Positions 49,441 through 63,293 of a DNA stretch of 64,000 bases are shown here, piece by piece. Location: contig OZ336870.1 of assembly GCA_965287045.1 (NCBI GenBank), forward strand, positions 151,342,001 through 151,406,000, in the 5' to 3' direction. The DNA is from Carcharhinus amblyrhynchos (Eukaryota). Below the pieces are notes generated by a model. The model was not told the origin of the DNA, made no database searches, and saw nothing but the letters and a program-made list of their open reading frames with translations. Within the stretch, counting starts at the first letter, position 1; each line of letters starts with the position of its first letter. Made by a program: the position numbers and the translations under genes.

Positions 49441-51870
49441 TTCTGTGTTGAAATCATTTGGATGTGGTGGGTAGACCAGTATTGTGTCTATCTATTTCGA
49501 TTTGAATGGGCATTGGCAGGCATGCCACAAACTACATGCCCTCAAAACTTTATGCCTGGGTCTTCAAGAGAGATGAGGAAAGTGCAAAAATTGGAAGATG
49601 TGCCAAAATTCTGCAGTATAGCAAACATGACCCTGAATTTCTGTGCTGATCACCTCCTTCAGTGCTTTCCACCATTTCTGAGTTTTCTCTGAAATCTTTT
49701 GCTAAAGTTAATGACAGATGATTGGATGAACTCCTGTGGAAGTTCAGAGCCCATGCATTTCCATTTCATAGTACAAAAGTGGACAACACGGAAAATGATG
49801 TTAACACAAAGACAACACTTGGTACAAAGTCTGGGTGAAAAGCTACTTTGTTAATTGGGTTACGAAGACAAGAATGAAATAGTATGTCTGAGTTTCACTA
49901 TTACTGTGCATCCTCATGACCAATATCTCACACCAGTTTGCTGAGGTTCAGTGTGTCTATTGGATAGTTTAAACACAGCTTTTAAGTGTTAAAATTTTGG
50001 TTAAGTAAGAGATAAAATATCTGGGAAGTTGTAAGCATCGATCAAAGAATCAGGGACATAACATTTTAACCCTATCTTTAACCCACGTTCTGGCATCATA
50101 TTAGGTCAACAGTATAACAAAACTATTGTCCATGGTGTCAGTAGACCGTCATCATTATTCTACATTCATAAAATCAAATGATAGGTATGTTTGATTATTA
50201 TAATTCGCATTGAGCATACCAAACTTTTATTTTGTTTATTGAGATAATGCTGACAACTGCATGAAACTCCTCGATGGCACTGTTAAGTGCAGATTCTCTG
50301 GTGTTCATGGAAATTTAGGTTTGCTTCACTGAAGTTTTAAATCAGTTAAAGAAGGCATTCAATTGGAAACATGTACAGCTCTGAAGATATCTTTGGAACA
50401 GTACCATAGCAGCTGTGTTGTAAATGGAAATATATTAAATGTGAAGATTCATATCACATTGCGGTACCTCGTCGAACAAAATAATACTGAACAAAATAAA
50501 TATCTGCACGCAGGTATGGAAGTAATAGGATATCACAGCAGATGTTACCTATTAAGACTTATACTTGGGGAAGTTGGGCTCCTGGTCAGAATTAATTATT
50601 CAGTTATGTAATTGGAATTTCAAATACAGAACTGCTCAGATTTTATGGACAGTGACAAAGCAATTAATAAACAGTGCGCACAAGCAATTTCTGTGGTGTG
50701 AGTTCCATCTTTGCCAGTGTCAGTTTGAATCAGTGACCAAGTCAGGGGGATCTCCAGATGTCCAGCAACTTTGATATCATTAGGCAGGGTAAGCAGACAA
50801 TCACATTAAAGTATTCTCATAGGTAACAGACCAGAAAGTAAAATTACAGAGCATAAAATAAACGTTGGAACACATGGGATTAAATTAGAAGCTAAAATAT
50901 AATAAGCAAACTTTGTTCCTGAAATAAAAATGTGAATTTTTTTAACATCATTAAGAAATTTGATAGTCCACAAATATAAAATTAATTTTCCAGAGTAGGT
51001 GAGGTTTTTCAGCAGTAATTATGAACTTAGGTTGTTGTTAAAGATCCAGTTGCATTTCATTTAACAAGATATAACTTTTTCAAGGGTTTTAACACTACAC
51101 TAATATGTAAAAGGCAAATTCTCATCTGTTCGCTGGTTTCTACTAATTACAGGATAAGGGGACTTTAACAGCATCCTATTGCGAAGCACAGAATCGCTGA
51201 CAGCAGTTTCTGGATTTCAGCATTTAACTGAACATATGTAGATTCCGGACAGTCAGTTGATGCTGTCAGTTTCAGACAAGTAATGATAGTTAACTCGGAT
51301 AGTTTTGCTGTCATTTTGCTGTAAATTCCAGACCAAATACTTCTTTCCCCTCATAAAACCCATCTTGCCATTTAATACTGTATGTTTTTTAAAATACGTG
51401 CTATATGTTTGCCTTGAGTGACAGTGCAAACTGGACAATAGAGCATTGGCAGTCTGTATTAGACACTGCCTAGGTTTCTTTTCCATTGTGGACCTTAGAA
51501 CGCTTTTTATTGTTCAAGATAAATTTTATCTCAAATCTATTCTACTTGGTTACCTGTCTTAAACCCATTTTGCTTCTTTGTACTGTTAACCCTCTTGTCT
51601 CTGATCTATCATTCATCTAGCACTTAATTTCTTTATCTTTTATTCAGCATGTATTAGTAACTGACCCATCTCATTGGCCACCATCCACACCCCTTCACTC
51701 AGCACCACCATACCTTATCTGTTATTATGAATGTATGGCAGCAGCAAACAAAAACTCAAGCAGGCAAATTGGTTTCTGCCTTGAGTCCAAAAGAGGCTTG
51801 TTGTGAATCGGCAGCTGATTTTTCACCGTGCCAGTATGTACTGTCCATTGATTTGGAAAATAGGAACCAA

Positions 51871-52182
51871 GGCTGCATGGTGGTACAGTGGTTAGCACTG
51901 CTGCCTCACATAGCCAGGGGCCTGGGTTCGATTCCCAGCTCAGGTCACTATCTGTGTGGAGTCTGCACATTCCTCCCATGTCTGCATGGGTTTCCTCCCG
52001 GGTGCTGCAGTTTTACCTCCCACAATCTGAAAGATATGCTGTTTAGGTACATTGGCCGTGTTAAGTTCTCCCTCAGTGTGCCTGAACAGGCACCGGAATG
52101 TGGTGACTAGGGGATTCTTACAGTAACTTCATTGTGAGTGTTAATGTAAGCCTACTTGTGACACTTATAAATAAATTTTAAA
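51871..52182 (+). mobile_element. HE1-head SINE carrying an alternative 3' tail
   Basis: The first ~205 bp match the other HE1 copies. The 3' part (gactaggggattcttacagtaacttcattg...gtaagcctacttgtgacacttataaataaa) differs from the tails of the 6741, 18040 and 29388 copies. Confidence 0.85.
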
Positions 52183-55100
52183 AGAAGGTTTTTAATATTA
52201 AACCAAGTAAAAGTGACAAGCGAGAGGATGAAATGAGTTTTCAAAAAAGGGTTTGAGCTTCAGTGGATCAGGTACGATGAAAAAAACAGCTCTGAATTCA
52301 CTAATGAGCCTGTTTCACGCTGCTGATGCAGACCAATGTTACCCCCCCCCTCCAAATTTCTACACTATTTCATTCTGTAGTGTAATGGTGCACTAAGTGA
52401 GTTAGTAGCATAACAATATATTTTGAATTCCTTATTTAACTAATCCTTGATTAATGTAAGCCTTGATATATACGTTTCACTTTTGTACGTTTTGATTTCT
52501 TTATGTTGTATTAGTACAAGGAGAGTGACTTATACTGTTACTTACTAAACTAAGAAATATGCACAGAATTAAGCAAATTATTCACCAGAGTTTGTGGTGA
52601 TTCTAAGAGCAGAGCTTTGTAATTGTTAGCTACACATTTGGGGAACGTTTTTTATCTTAAATCTTCCAATTATACAATTTGTCGTTAGCTGGCAATGGAT
52701 AATCATTTAGTCCATTGCACTGTTAACTCAATAAACCTGCTTAACCTTTGATGGAAAGGTGCAAGCAAATAGAGTATCTGTTAGAAAACATATTTAAGGT
52801 TCACAGCTGTTTCAACGTTACATTTTTGCATCAAGATCTGCTAACCTATCACCACAAATCTGTTGCACTTACTTACCTTCTTCATAGCACCTTTGCACTT
52901 AATCTATATCTGGTTGTAATTTTACACTCCTATCTATTTACAATGCATCTAGTTTGGTGTCATAGTTTGAATGCGTAGTTCAGCTTACAATATAACTTAC
53001 ACAGATCTCTGCCCTTAGAGAATGTCACATGATTCAAAGCACTAGTGAGCATTACTGTCTGCTAGCTAATGGAACATTTTGATTGATTTCTGAGAGCTGC
53101 TGTGGTTTGTTTACACTGGTTAGGATCAACAAAATGACATGGAGATGGGGACATGTCAATGGTGTCGAGGTATCTTGTACCAAAGCTCAGTGACGTGGAA
53201 TTGACATTTATGACCCCGGTTAACCATACAGTCAGTTGCCAGGCCAGCTGCTGTGTTGGGAGAGTTTTGGGGAAGGAAGGGTGACTCAGTTCGGGATGTT
53301 GGCACATAAATCCCAGTAACCAGAAACAGAATGGTACTGGGTTAGGCCGGCACATTTGCCAAGCCGCTTTGTTGAGGCATGATGAAAGAGAGAAATAAAA
53401 TTAAAAACAGCATTTTAGACCAAAAAATACTGCAAAATGTTCAGGGATGTGGAGTTGGTTTTTTTGTTACTTCCTGGCCTTTCTACCATGGAATTTCATG
53501 AGTCAGCTACATAGTCCATATGATGTAAATTTGCAACCGTAGCATAAACTGGGCCTTTACTGTGGTAATGCGAACCCTCCTTAAACTTGGTTTGTTGGAG
53601 AAAGTCTTTGGATGTTACTATGAGTCATTTTTGATGTAGTCAGCATCTTTAGAATTGTGGCTACCCTCATATTTGAGCAATGATTATGATTTCTGGAAGA
53701 ATATATGAAATAAGTCATGAGTGACTGCAGACGTTCCTTTATTACTTCCGCGGATTATTTTGAGAATTTACATTTTGTAGTCAAAATGATGTGGCAACGA
53801 ACACTTGGCACAGTAGGAAATCTGATCAGTTTGGCTAAGGAAGTCAAAAGCAAAAAGAAGAACACTACTTTTAAGTTATCATTTCCTTCTCAAGGTCTGT
53901 AGCAGTCTCCAAACTCCTCTCAGTTGCTTGTATGTTAGGCATATCACTTGACCGCGAATTGTTTGCAGTACCATTCTGCACTGGCCACTGGAAAGTGCAT
54001 AAGGTTCCAGAAGTTTTTTTTCCCACCATTTTTCCTACAATATGGAAAAACTGCCAGGATATGGTGCATTGAAAGCTCTTGACTCAAGACTTGGTGGAGT
54101 GCCTGTCACTTTCTTGCCTCCTTCCAATTCAGTCAAGGACAGATAAGTTTGAAGATGGCTTTCGCACCCAGAGGCCAGTTGAGGCCCTTGTGCAGCCAAA
54201 CAATGAGCAACTGCCTGGTAAAAGCTGGCAGTTCTCTATTTGTGGGGGTACTCCAGTGTGAGCATCCTGTGGCACAGCGAGGGCCCTCCAGCTGTCCCCT
54301 CAAGAAAACCCCCTCTTCCACTTTCCTCAAAAACCACGTTCTTTCACTTGACTCTGCCTGACTTGATCAGCAATCCCCAAACACTTGGCTCCATTTTGAG
54401 GCCACCTTAATGTGGTTGGTGCTGACAGTAACTGGGGCATTTTTGGGACTGGAGCTGCCAGGCTGCTATTTCGCCAGCAGTTCTTTAAGATTTTTGTCCT
54501 TAAAGGGATAGAAGCCCCGATGCTAGGTAACATAATGGGCACAGGTGCTCCTGGAAGTGACCACGTCTGGGTTGCCCTCATCTTTTTTGTTGGTGGACAG
54601 GTCTGTCACAAGGGGTCAGCGCGGTGAGTAGAAACATGAAGAACCAGAACAGCAAAGAAATGCACAATGCCCCACTACTCATCATATGTTTTACCAAAAT
54701 TGTCATTCCCCTGTAAACTTTAGACTCATGTAATTACATCACCTTTAAATTAGGATCTGAAATAGCACTGAGCAATAGAATAATAGAAGGAATAATTTGT
54801 TGATGTCTGCATTGCTAGGTGGGAGCATGCACCAGAACCTCTCAAGAATACTTCTTTAAGGTTGCATAGTGTTTTGATTGATTAAGAATAGCTTATTTGT
54901 GTCTGTGTTAACAAATTCAGAAATAATTAATTAGCATTTAAGTCCAAAGATTAATTTTTGATTCTTGAAGAGCTTGTGTGTACGATTTATTGTGTAAATG
55001 ATACAAGGACAGTCTACAGATTGAGAGCTTGTTTTTTTTAAACATTGATCGTTGAGTGCCAAAGTAGCACAGAGAGGAGGACTTTGGTAGCTTCATCAAG

Positions 55101-58100
55101 ATGTGACACTGGTTGGAACAATGAGGTAATTTATTGCCAGCTGGAGACACCACTTTATCACCCCAGCTTGGTGTTCTTGTAATAGTTTTACACTGCTGCT
55201 GATCAGATCCCCATACAGCCTCGTAAAAATTGTCTCTATAAAGGTTGTCATTTCCCAGCATTGATATTTCTGCTTGGTCTGTGTTAAATGCTCTGAGAAT
55301 ACAGAACATTTATTGTGTCTCAGATTTCTGCTTTCAGGCATTAATAAGTGTCTCCCCCCCCCCCCCCCATTTAATTTCACTGAAATGCATCTCAGTTTCC
55401 TTCGATATTTCCCTCTTTCCTTTATGTATTTCACTCAGGAACAGATATATAAATACTGAAAGCTAGTTCAGAATGATACCAATAACCATGTTACTTTACT
55501 AGATGAAAACACTGGACTTTATATTTGATTCAGGAGTTTTCATTATTTTGCTCAGATTCATAGCTGTGTGCCTTAATGAACTCCAGTGACTAGCCAAACT
55601 TCATATAGAGCAATGATATTGTCATATGATAACAAAGTGGTGTGATTAGTTAGAATGTTACAAATTTTCCCAATTGTGAGCAGGGACACAAACAAAATAG
55701 GGCATACAGAAAAAATGGAAGAATGAAGGCTAATTGTTAATTTGTTTCCCTCTGCCAAACATAAGGAAGGATTTCCTTTGCGCAATATGTAAAAATATTG
55801 TAAACCCCTTCATAAAGATTGTAAGTATTATAATCTGGTGATATGTGACAGTGGAAATCTGTATACCTGATGCAGTATAATTTTACAAAAAAAGCTACGT
55901 GTATGTTAGTTGCTGCTATTGTACTTAAACATTGATATGAGATTTTGAGGCAGTTATATGATAATGTAATGGAGCTTGTCGCTGTTTTGGGAAAATAGAG
56001 AAAATTTCAGTGGAGCATTGGTTCATGAACTTAAAGCTCTGATTGGAGCCAGACTGTGAAGTAATATTTCTCAGAAAGTTTCTCTACAATAACCTTATGA
56101 ATGAGGGCAAAGTGCTATGGGCAAAGGTTGTCATATAAAATATTACCAGGACTTGAATTCATAATATCATAGAAGGGAAACACCAAGTGTTTGACCCTGG
56201 CAGTCATTGGCTGTTTCTAAAGCATATAACCAATTGCAAAAGTTTACCAGCATCTCTTTTCATAGAAGTTAGGATCATGTAACTTTTCAGAGCAATATAA
56301 TTGTTCTTCATTTTTTTTTAAAATTTGATTTTATTTCATAGCCACTAGGTCCAAACTGAGTCACCTAGAAACACAAACCAGAGAATACCTAGTAAAGTCC
56401 TTAGACCACGTTTTCAAAAAGACACAGAATCGCACATAATGCAGCTGCAGCTATTGATTGACAGAACAGTGTCCTTAAAGCAGTAGTCCTGCTGTTTTAA
56501 ACTTGTTTTCTCTGCTGTCGGCAATGTATAGCAAGCGGTCTCTGCTGTGTGTCCAACAAACCTAAAGTGGGATAATAAAAGCTGTCTCGCCATTGAGTCG
56601 ATCTTTTGAAAGATTTGAAAGGGAAGTAGAAAGCAGCTGTGATAGTGTTCACACAAACCTAGCATGGTGGTCTGCCAGTAGAACCAACAGGATACTAACT
56701 AAACAAGAAAAATCAGCAACATTTGCAATCCTGATCAGTGATATGGACAAGTAAACTGAGTTCTTTCTACCAAATTATTAACTTCTGATATAGTGGATTG
56801 ATGCTGCATTTCCCTTAAATTGTATCACAAAAGCATACAATTTGCAAGTTATCACCAGGGACTGGACCTACAATTATAGGAGCCAGAGTTCATGTCCTAT
56901 CGATGTGTTTACTCACAAAGGGCACTGCCCCACAACTTGGGGGCTGTCTCTTAAAATTGACGCAGCTGTGGATTGGTGTGAGATTATGTGTCAGACATTG
57001 TTTGTAAAAAGCTATAAATTAATGAAGTGGCAGAGCTGGGAATTTCCTGCCTGTAGTGTTACTGGCAACTCCTCAGCATATTTCTAGGATTATAGTTTTC
57101 GTCCACAGTGGTAACAGAAATGCTTTTGAAGTCGGTTAATCTTTGCCTTTGACAAATCATCGGTTGTTTCTAAGTGGATCGTTAGAAAAGCACGAAAAAC
57201 AATGCAACTTCAAAAGATACAGAAGTAACAGACATTCCTTTTTGTAATCACAGGTCAGTGAAAGGAAAATGAAAAAAAAAATCAGAATGTGATTTGGGAA
57301 AAGGGAGAAATTCTGATTGCAAACTGAGGTATCAGAACGTCAGTGATTTCTTTGTGACTTTCTGCCATTGTTCATCTGTGTGGTGGCGAGGAAGATTTGA
57401 ACTACTTTGCAAAGAATGACAATCCCATGAAAGTTTTGAAATCAAAATCACAATTTTAAACAGATTTTAGAGTCTTTTGTGTCACAGTATCTGGGACAAT
57501 CCTATTTTCAAATTTCGTACTTGATCACAAGTCTGATGCTTCAGATGATGCCATGAAAAGACATTGCTGTGGAAACAGCTTCAGTGATTCGAGCTTGTTA
57601 TCTGGTGTCCTTGACTGTTATCTCAATCTGACTGCCACTGCCTTCTTTCCCCCGCAGAACAGCATGACATTTTTAAGCACCAACCATGTTGTCGCTGACT
57701 TTGATGGTTGATTACTCCTAAAGATCATACTCACTCTATTCAAGATTTTCTTTTGTTTGCCTGTAGTTTATCAGAATGTTTAGTTTTGAATAGTTTAGCT
57801 CTGTTGGAAGGTTGCACTTTTAAGACCCCTGTTACACTGATGAACTTCAGATGGATTGAGTTGCTGTATTTGATTCAAACCAACGCAAGCATCCAGCAGC
57901 TGCAATTTGTCATCCTGACCAAACTCAACATTTGAAGCATTAATTCAAGGAATAGTATCCTTTTTGCAGGCCCATGCAAGTTTTATGTCAGGCTAATACT
58001 GTACAAATAAGATTGATATGACCTCTCTAGACTAACACATTAGCTCAGCTGGACAGATTCCCATCTGTTTTTGTTTATTTCTCTTTCCAGCTTCATTTTT

Positions 58101-58887
58101 GCTTTGTTTTGGATTGATGTTGCTTTCGCAACAGAGGAGACTCCTGCACTTAAAAATCATGATTAGCCTAAACATTGTGCTTGTAATCACATGGCCAAGT
58201 CATTATGGAATGGCTCACTGCCTCACTCAGGAGAGGCTTTGAGGAGCTTTTATAGCCCTCAGTTTAATGATGTGGGGAAACCAGCGCATTTGACTTTGGA
58301 AAGACTTAAGAAAATATCCATCACTATAGGGAGATAAGGTTAGAATTAAATTCATTTCCAAAACAAAGGTACTTTGCAATATACGGTTGGCCAGTCCTAT
58401 TAAAGAAATAGACCATCTGATATTGACAGAGACTACCTCTCAAAACATACATGCACAGTTTGTTGTTAGTTTCCTTGCTATATTGCTGGATGGTCAGTGA
58501 ATAAATATGATCTGTGGAAGAATAGGAATCTTTCCATCAAAAGTCTCTTTCCAGTAGCACATCTAAGCACTATAGGTGGTCTATCATCAAGCACACTCAG
58601 TGCTCGCACGGCCTACTGATTGGGAAATCAGAAGCTCATGTTCCTTGATTTTCTGTCCAGTAGTATAAATGAACTTTTGCCAGGATGTGTTGCAGTGCCA
58701 GCTGTTCCCAATGTGGCCTGCGCAGTGTGCTCGACTGAGAAGAGCACCTTTGTGAATGTTCTGGGAATGTCGGAGGCCTATAAAGGAGTGCTATCCTGCT
58801 GTCACGTAGCCCATCTGAGTATTGCACCACCAAAATCTATAACTTTGACCATGCAGATCCAGGTTGCAAATTCGTATATCAGTGTGC

Positions 58888-59185
58888 AGACCAAACATAA
58901 TCAAGGACCCCACGCACCACGGACATTCCCTCTTCCACCTTCTTCTATCAGAAAAAAGATACAAAAGTCTGAGCACATGTACAAACCTGACTCAAAATCA
59001 GCTTCTTCCCTGCTGCCATCAGACTTTTGAATGGACCAACCTCACATTAAGTTGATCTTTCTTTCTGTGCACCCTAGCTGTAACACTACGTTCTGCACTC
59101 TCTCCTCTATGTATGGTATGTTTTGTCTGTTTAGCACACGAGAAACAATACTTTTCACTGTATACTAATACACACGACAATAATA
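58888..59185 (+). mobile_element. Rex1/Babar-like LINE 3' end
   Basis: Encodes NIIKDPTHHGHSLFHLLLSEKRYKSL (Rex1-type IIKDPSHPGH.LF.LLPSGRRYRS), then the 3' UTR. It is the reverse complement of 62682-62990. Confidence 0.8.
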
Positions 59186-60034
59186 TTTTTGAGGTGTAAT
59201 GGTGAGTTTTTCTAGATTTGTCAGAGAATGTTGCTGCATCCTTACGGGAGTGGTAGAGGATTAGTTGACCTGTCCACAGGCTCTACAGGTAAGAAGGCAG
59301 CAGTGGCAGTGCCTCTGGGTTAGGGACAGAGGTTCTGAAGAGAACAAAGTCTGCAGTGTCCTATGTCAAGTTGGAACCAGATTCCTGTATGCCATTTGAC
59401 AGCTAGTAACAGGGGGCTGTCTGGCAGGCCAGCCAAATACCCAGCTCTGAAGAAGTTAAGTTCTTTGAAGAAGGGTCATACGGACTTGAAGTATTATTTG
59501 ATACTCGCCAATATACTCCTATATGCCACCTCATCGAGTTCCCAATCTGTGTTCTCTGCTGGAGAGCTCACGTGTGATCTCTCCCCGTGGTAGGCTGGCA
59601 AATGAATCATTGTGGCCTTGTTGCAGCTCACTTATGCCCAGTGACTCATCATGTGTTGACCCCAACTCTATACTTGCCTCCAAGCAATGCACAGTGCTCG
59701 TAGCTGTGAGCATTTGATCAAGTAATGGGGCCTCTTCATCAGTGCTGTATTTTTGCTCTTTCATTTCCTCCTCTGACTGGGCAGGCAGCAGTTCTTAGGT
59801 GTCTGAAAGCAGGGGAAGATTGGTGATAGGGCAGGATTGGTGATAAGTATGAGATTCCAGGTCTCCCTATTTGCAGCTTGTTCACCATGCCAGATAGCGG
59901 GATGAGGGAGTGGTGGGAGTTGAGAAGGGGCATAAAAGAGTAATATACTGCTACTGTCAATGTTCTTGTTGACACAAAATACTACAGGCTCTATAATGCT
60001 GAGAGCAATAGCCACTGTAGAACTAAGAGTTGCA

Positions 60035-60108
60035 GGGAATGGTGTCTGGTATCGTCGATGCAGACTTGATGAGTCGAGTGGCCTCCTTCTGCACTGTAGA
60101 GATTTTTT
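60035..60108 (+). mobile_element. HE1/HER1-type 3' tail fragment
   Basis: gtcgatgcagacttgatgagtcgagtggcctccttctgcactgtagagatt matches the tails of the HE1 copies. Confidence 0.7.
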
Positions 60109-60479
60109 GACCTGATGGAAAGTGCCCTCATATCTTTCTGGCTTTGTTTTTTTCCTTTCTATTGTGTGCCAACTTGTCCGACAAGAGAGTGTAGAATATC
60201 TGTCACTGTGAGGCAGTGAGTTTGGGTGATGTACCTGCCATGGCTGAACAGTTATAGACCGCTAGCTAAAGTGAGAGGTACGTGTGGCTAACAGCTTGAC
60301 AGGTGTGTGAGGGTGAGGTGGAATATCTGGATGGTGGTGAGAATTCCAGTGAGTGCTGCTGGGTGTTTGGTGCATGAGTGACTGGTGTTTTCATGGGAAG
60401 GTGATTTTGACATCCTGCATGAGGATAATAAACCGCTTGTAAAATAGGAGCATCAGATTTGCTAGCACCAAGAGCTGTA

Positions 60480-61285
60480 CCTTCGTGATGTTGAGTTTGT
60501 GAGGCATATAGGAGACTATTCACTTTGCCAAGTATTGAAAGGTACCTTCAGGTAGATCCAGGAGCAGAAGTGTTGTTTGATCATGGCAGTGGTGTGGTCT
60601 ATCGCATTTTGTGTGGCAACATTCCCTTTATTGTGTGCATGGGTTGTACATGTGGATAGCAGTTCCACACTGGAATCCTGCGGCACGTTGTTGGCACCCA
60701 GAAACTCACCCTTGGGTTTCCCACATTGGTTCAAATGCAGGTGGTACTGCAGACTGGAGACATCATCATTGCCGTTGTGATATGGGGCGTTGACCTAAAT
60801 GACTTATTGCATATGGATACAAAATAGCTGGGTGTTGAGGGAGTGGTTGCTGCCCACCTCAGTAGTTAACTGCGGTATCTGCAAAGCAGTGTGTGTGAAG
60901 CCACTGGCCCCTCTGCACGATGAAGCCTCTGAAACTGAAGGCCATGTACTTCTGTTTCTGCCTGGCAAGAGAGAATGAAATATAGTCAGCTCTCCAAAGA
61001 GCCTCTGTGACCTATACAGTAGTGAATGGCAAACTGTTAGTTATTGCAGAAATGTCTAAATCCACCCTGGTAGGAACCTGTTGCATTAAAGTTCATTGTC
61101 ATGGTGATCTTTGCAGCCACTGATGATATGCTGTCCTCTGAGGTTGCAGTTATGGCCTCAGCAGGTGGCAGATTTCAGCGAGGATGCCCTTACTAAAGTG
61201 TAAATGTCCTGCATCTGTTCTTCTCTGAGGATGAAGGAGGAAGGTTTTCCCTGAACATCTGAGGTGGTTATGGGCTCCTGCTGAG
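60480..61285 (-). pseudogene. Degenerate Harbinger transposase (HARBI1-like DDE nuclease) within a DNA transposon relic (~59500-61715)
   Basis: The minus-strand pieces are in correct order: HFSKGILAEICHLLRP*LQPQRT (61200-61132), VAAKITMTMNFNATGSYQ (61120-61067; compare HARBI1-type ..LNFYATGSFQ) and TQNAIDHTTAMIKQHFC..LD...GTFQY (about 60615-60530; compare TRNVIE.TIG.LKQRFRCLD.SGG.LQY). Stops and frameshifts are present. Confidence 0.7.
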
Positions 61286-61715
61286 ACCCCTCCTAACCAG
61301 TACTTCCCCCAAAAAACTACCCTGCTCTTTGTGGTAGTATTCTTCCCGTTCTTTTATATTCCAAGGGGAAGATCTACTTCACCATGTCTGGAAGCAATTG
61401 GTTTGTGTAGAAGCCATGAAGTTCACTTCCTGTGGACTTGTGTGAAGCACTCTAGGCAGCACCAAACACTGGTAGACCATAGCAGCAGCCAATAGAAATC
61501 AATCGGCAGTAAACCTGAAATTAATTGATGATCTCTTTAAATAGTGCAAGTAATGTGGTCCTTCAGCGTGCACAATAAAGAGAGAACGTTAGATCAAGTG
61601 TTGACCTCCAAAATGGCAGCATGATGTCATGATCTGCCGACCCTGCGTAACTTTGGACGCATAGTGCGCATGAGTTAACATGATCACCAATGTAACATCC
61701 CCTGGATTTGCTCCA

Positions 61716-61778
61716 GAGTTTCTCACAGTAACTTAATTGCAATGTTAAGCCTACTTGTGACACTAAATAAACTTAAAA
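61716..61778 (+). mobile_element. Isolated alternative SINE/LINE tail
   Basis: tttctcacagtaacttaattgcaatgttaagcctacttgtgacactaaataaactt is homologous to 52115-52182. Confidence 0.65.
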
Positions 61779-62042
61779 ACTAGAGGTACTGCGGATGTCA
61801 GTTTGGACCTGTAAGGGAAAATTTGAGTTTTGTGCCACAAAATAAAGTTTGTCCCTCTCTTTCACCATGTCTAGTTTTGGATTTGGCATTAAGTGACAAC
61901 CCTAGTCAAAGTTTAAAGGCGCTGGCCCACAGTCAATTTCCTGTTATGTTGAAGCACATGTTATTGTCATTTGATCATATTTAGATTGTTTTGTTATCCG
62001 TAAAGCAAAATGTGTAACAATTGTCACCTAAAAATAGAAGGG

Positions 62043-62310
62043 ATTGCATTCATATGGTGAGTTTCCTGACCTCTGTCTCAAAGTGGTTCTCAGCTAAAGG
62101 ATAATTTTGAAATGTTGAAACATGGAACAGTCAATTTGTGTATAGTAAGATCCCACAAACCATCATATAAGATAAGTGCACCCAGATTATTGTTTTTTTC
62201 TATTAATGCTGCCTAAGGGATAAATGTCAGCCAGAATGGCTGAATGCACCCGCATTTCTTTGACTAGTGCTGTGGGCCCAGCTGAGAGGGCATATAGGGC
62301 ATTAACACTA
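62043..62310 (-). mobile_element. SacSINE1/AmnSINE1-like DeuSINE fragment
   Basis: cagtcaatttgtgtatagtaagatcccacaaac...cccagattattgttttt...agggataaatgtcagccaga...tagtgctgtggg...ctgagagggca follows the reverse complement of the Deu-domain consensus as I recall it. Confidence 0.65.
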
Positions 62311-62681
62311 TATTAGTAATAAATGGATGATCTTGTTGATTCGTGTGGAATAGGAATAACTTTGTTTCTATGCACTCATATACAATGTTCTGAGTATTCC
62401 GCTTACCCTGAGGAATGCTTGGTTTTCACTAGAGCAATGTAAAAGTATTACATTCCTATAGCATTGATATCTATCGCCTTCATGAGCAGAAACAGGTGGA
62501 AATAAAAGTTTGACTCCGTTATCTCGTGTGTGAAGCCAACCTGGCAAGAATGTTCTCCAGTCATATGAAGTGGTCCTCATCGACATGGGGGAACTTATTA
62601 TAAGGCTATTTCCAGTACCCACATTTCAATTTGAAATTGTGATTGGGAGCCAGTGAGACTGTTGGCAAATTTGGTTACATT

Positions 62682-63127
62682 TTGATTTGATTTGATTTAT
62701 TATTGTCACATACATTAGTATAAAATGAAAAGTATGTTTTCTCACATGCTGTACAGACAAAGCATACCGTTCATAGAGAAGACCATGTAGAATGTAGTGC
62801 TACAGTCATAGCTAGGGTGTAAAGAAAGATCAGTTCAGTGTGAGGTAGGTCCATTCAAAAGCCTGATGGCAGCAGGGAAGAAGCTGTTCTTGAGTCAGTT
62901 GATACACGACCTCAGACTTTGATATCTTTTTCTCGATGGAAGAAAGTATGTCTGGGGTGCATGGGGCCCTTAATTATATAGGCTGCTTTTGCAAGGCAGC
63001 GGGAGTCAATGGATGGGAGGCTGGTTTCTGTGATGGATTGGGCTGCATTCATGACCTTTTGTAGTTTCTTGTAGTCTTGGGCAGAGCAAGAACCATACCA
63101 AGCTGTGACACAACTAGAAAGAATGCC
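62682..63127 (-). mobile_element. Rex1/Babar-like LINE 3' end
   Basis: The minus-strand peptide is ILSSCVTAWYGSCSAQDYKKLQKVMNAAQSITETSLPSIDSRCLAKAAYIIK. The element ends in a (TCAAA)n tail. Confidence 0.85.
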
Positions 63128-63129
63128 CC

Positions 63130-63293
63130 AAAATACTGTGGATGCTGGAATCTGAAACAAAAACAGAAAATGCTGGAAAACTTCAAAATGAGCTCTCTCG
63201 TGCCCTGAAGAAGAAACGTACGGACTCAAAATGTTAACTCTGCTTTCTTTCCAAGACCTGTTGAGTTGTTGCAGTATTCTCTGTTTTTGTTTC
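63130..63293 (-). mobile_element. Degenerate inverted Penelope-like insertion (second family)
   Basis: The left part aaatactgtggatgctggaatctgaaacaaaaacagaaaatgctggaaaac is inverted relative to the right part ...tgttgagttgttgcagtattctctgtttttgtttc. It contains the decayed core cCTGAAGAAg...ggactcaaaatgttaac. Confidence 0.6.

Noticed and set aside
57123-57216. Imperfect hairpin (cttttgaagt...acttcaaaag)
   Set aside because: The arms are short and discontinuous, with no recognisable ncRNA motif; likely chance in AT-rich DNA.
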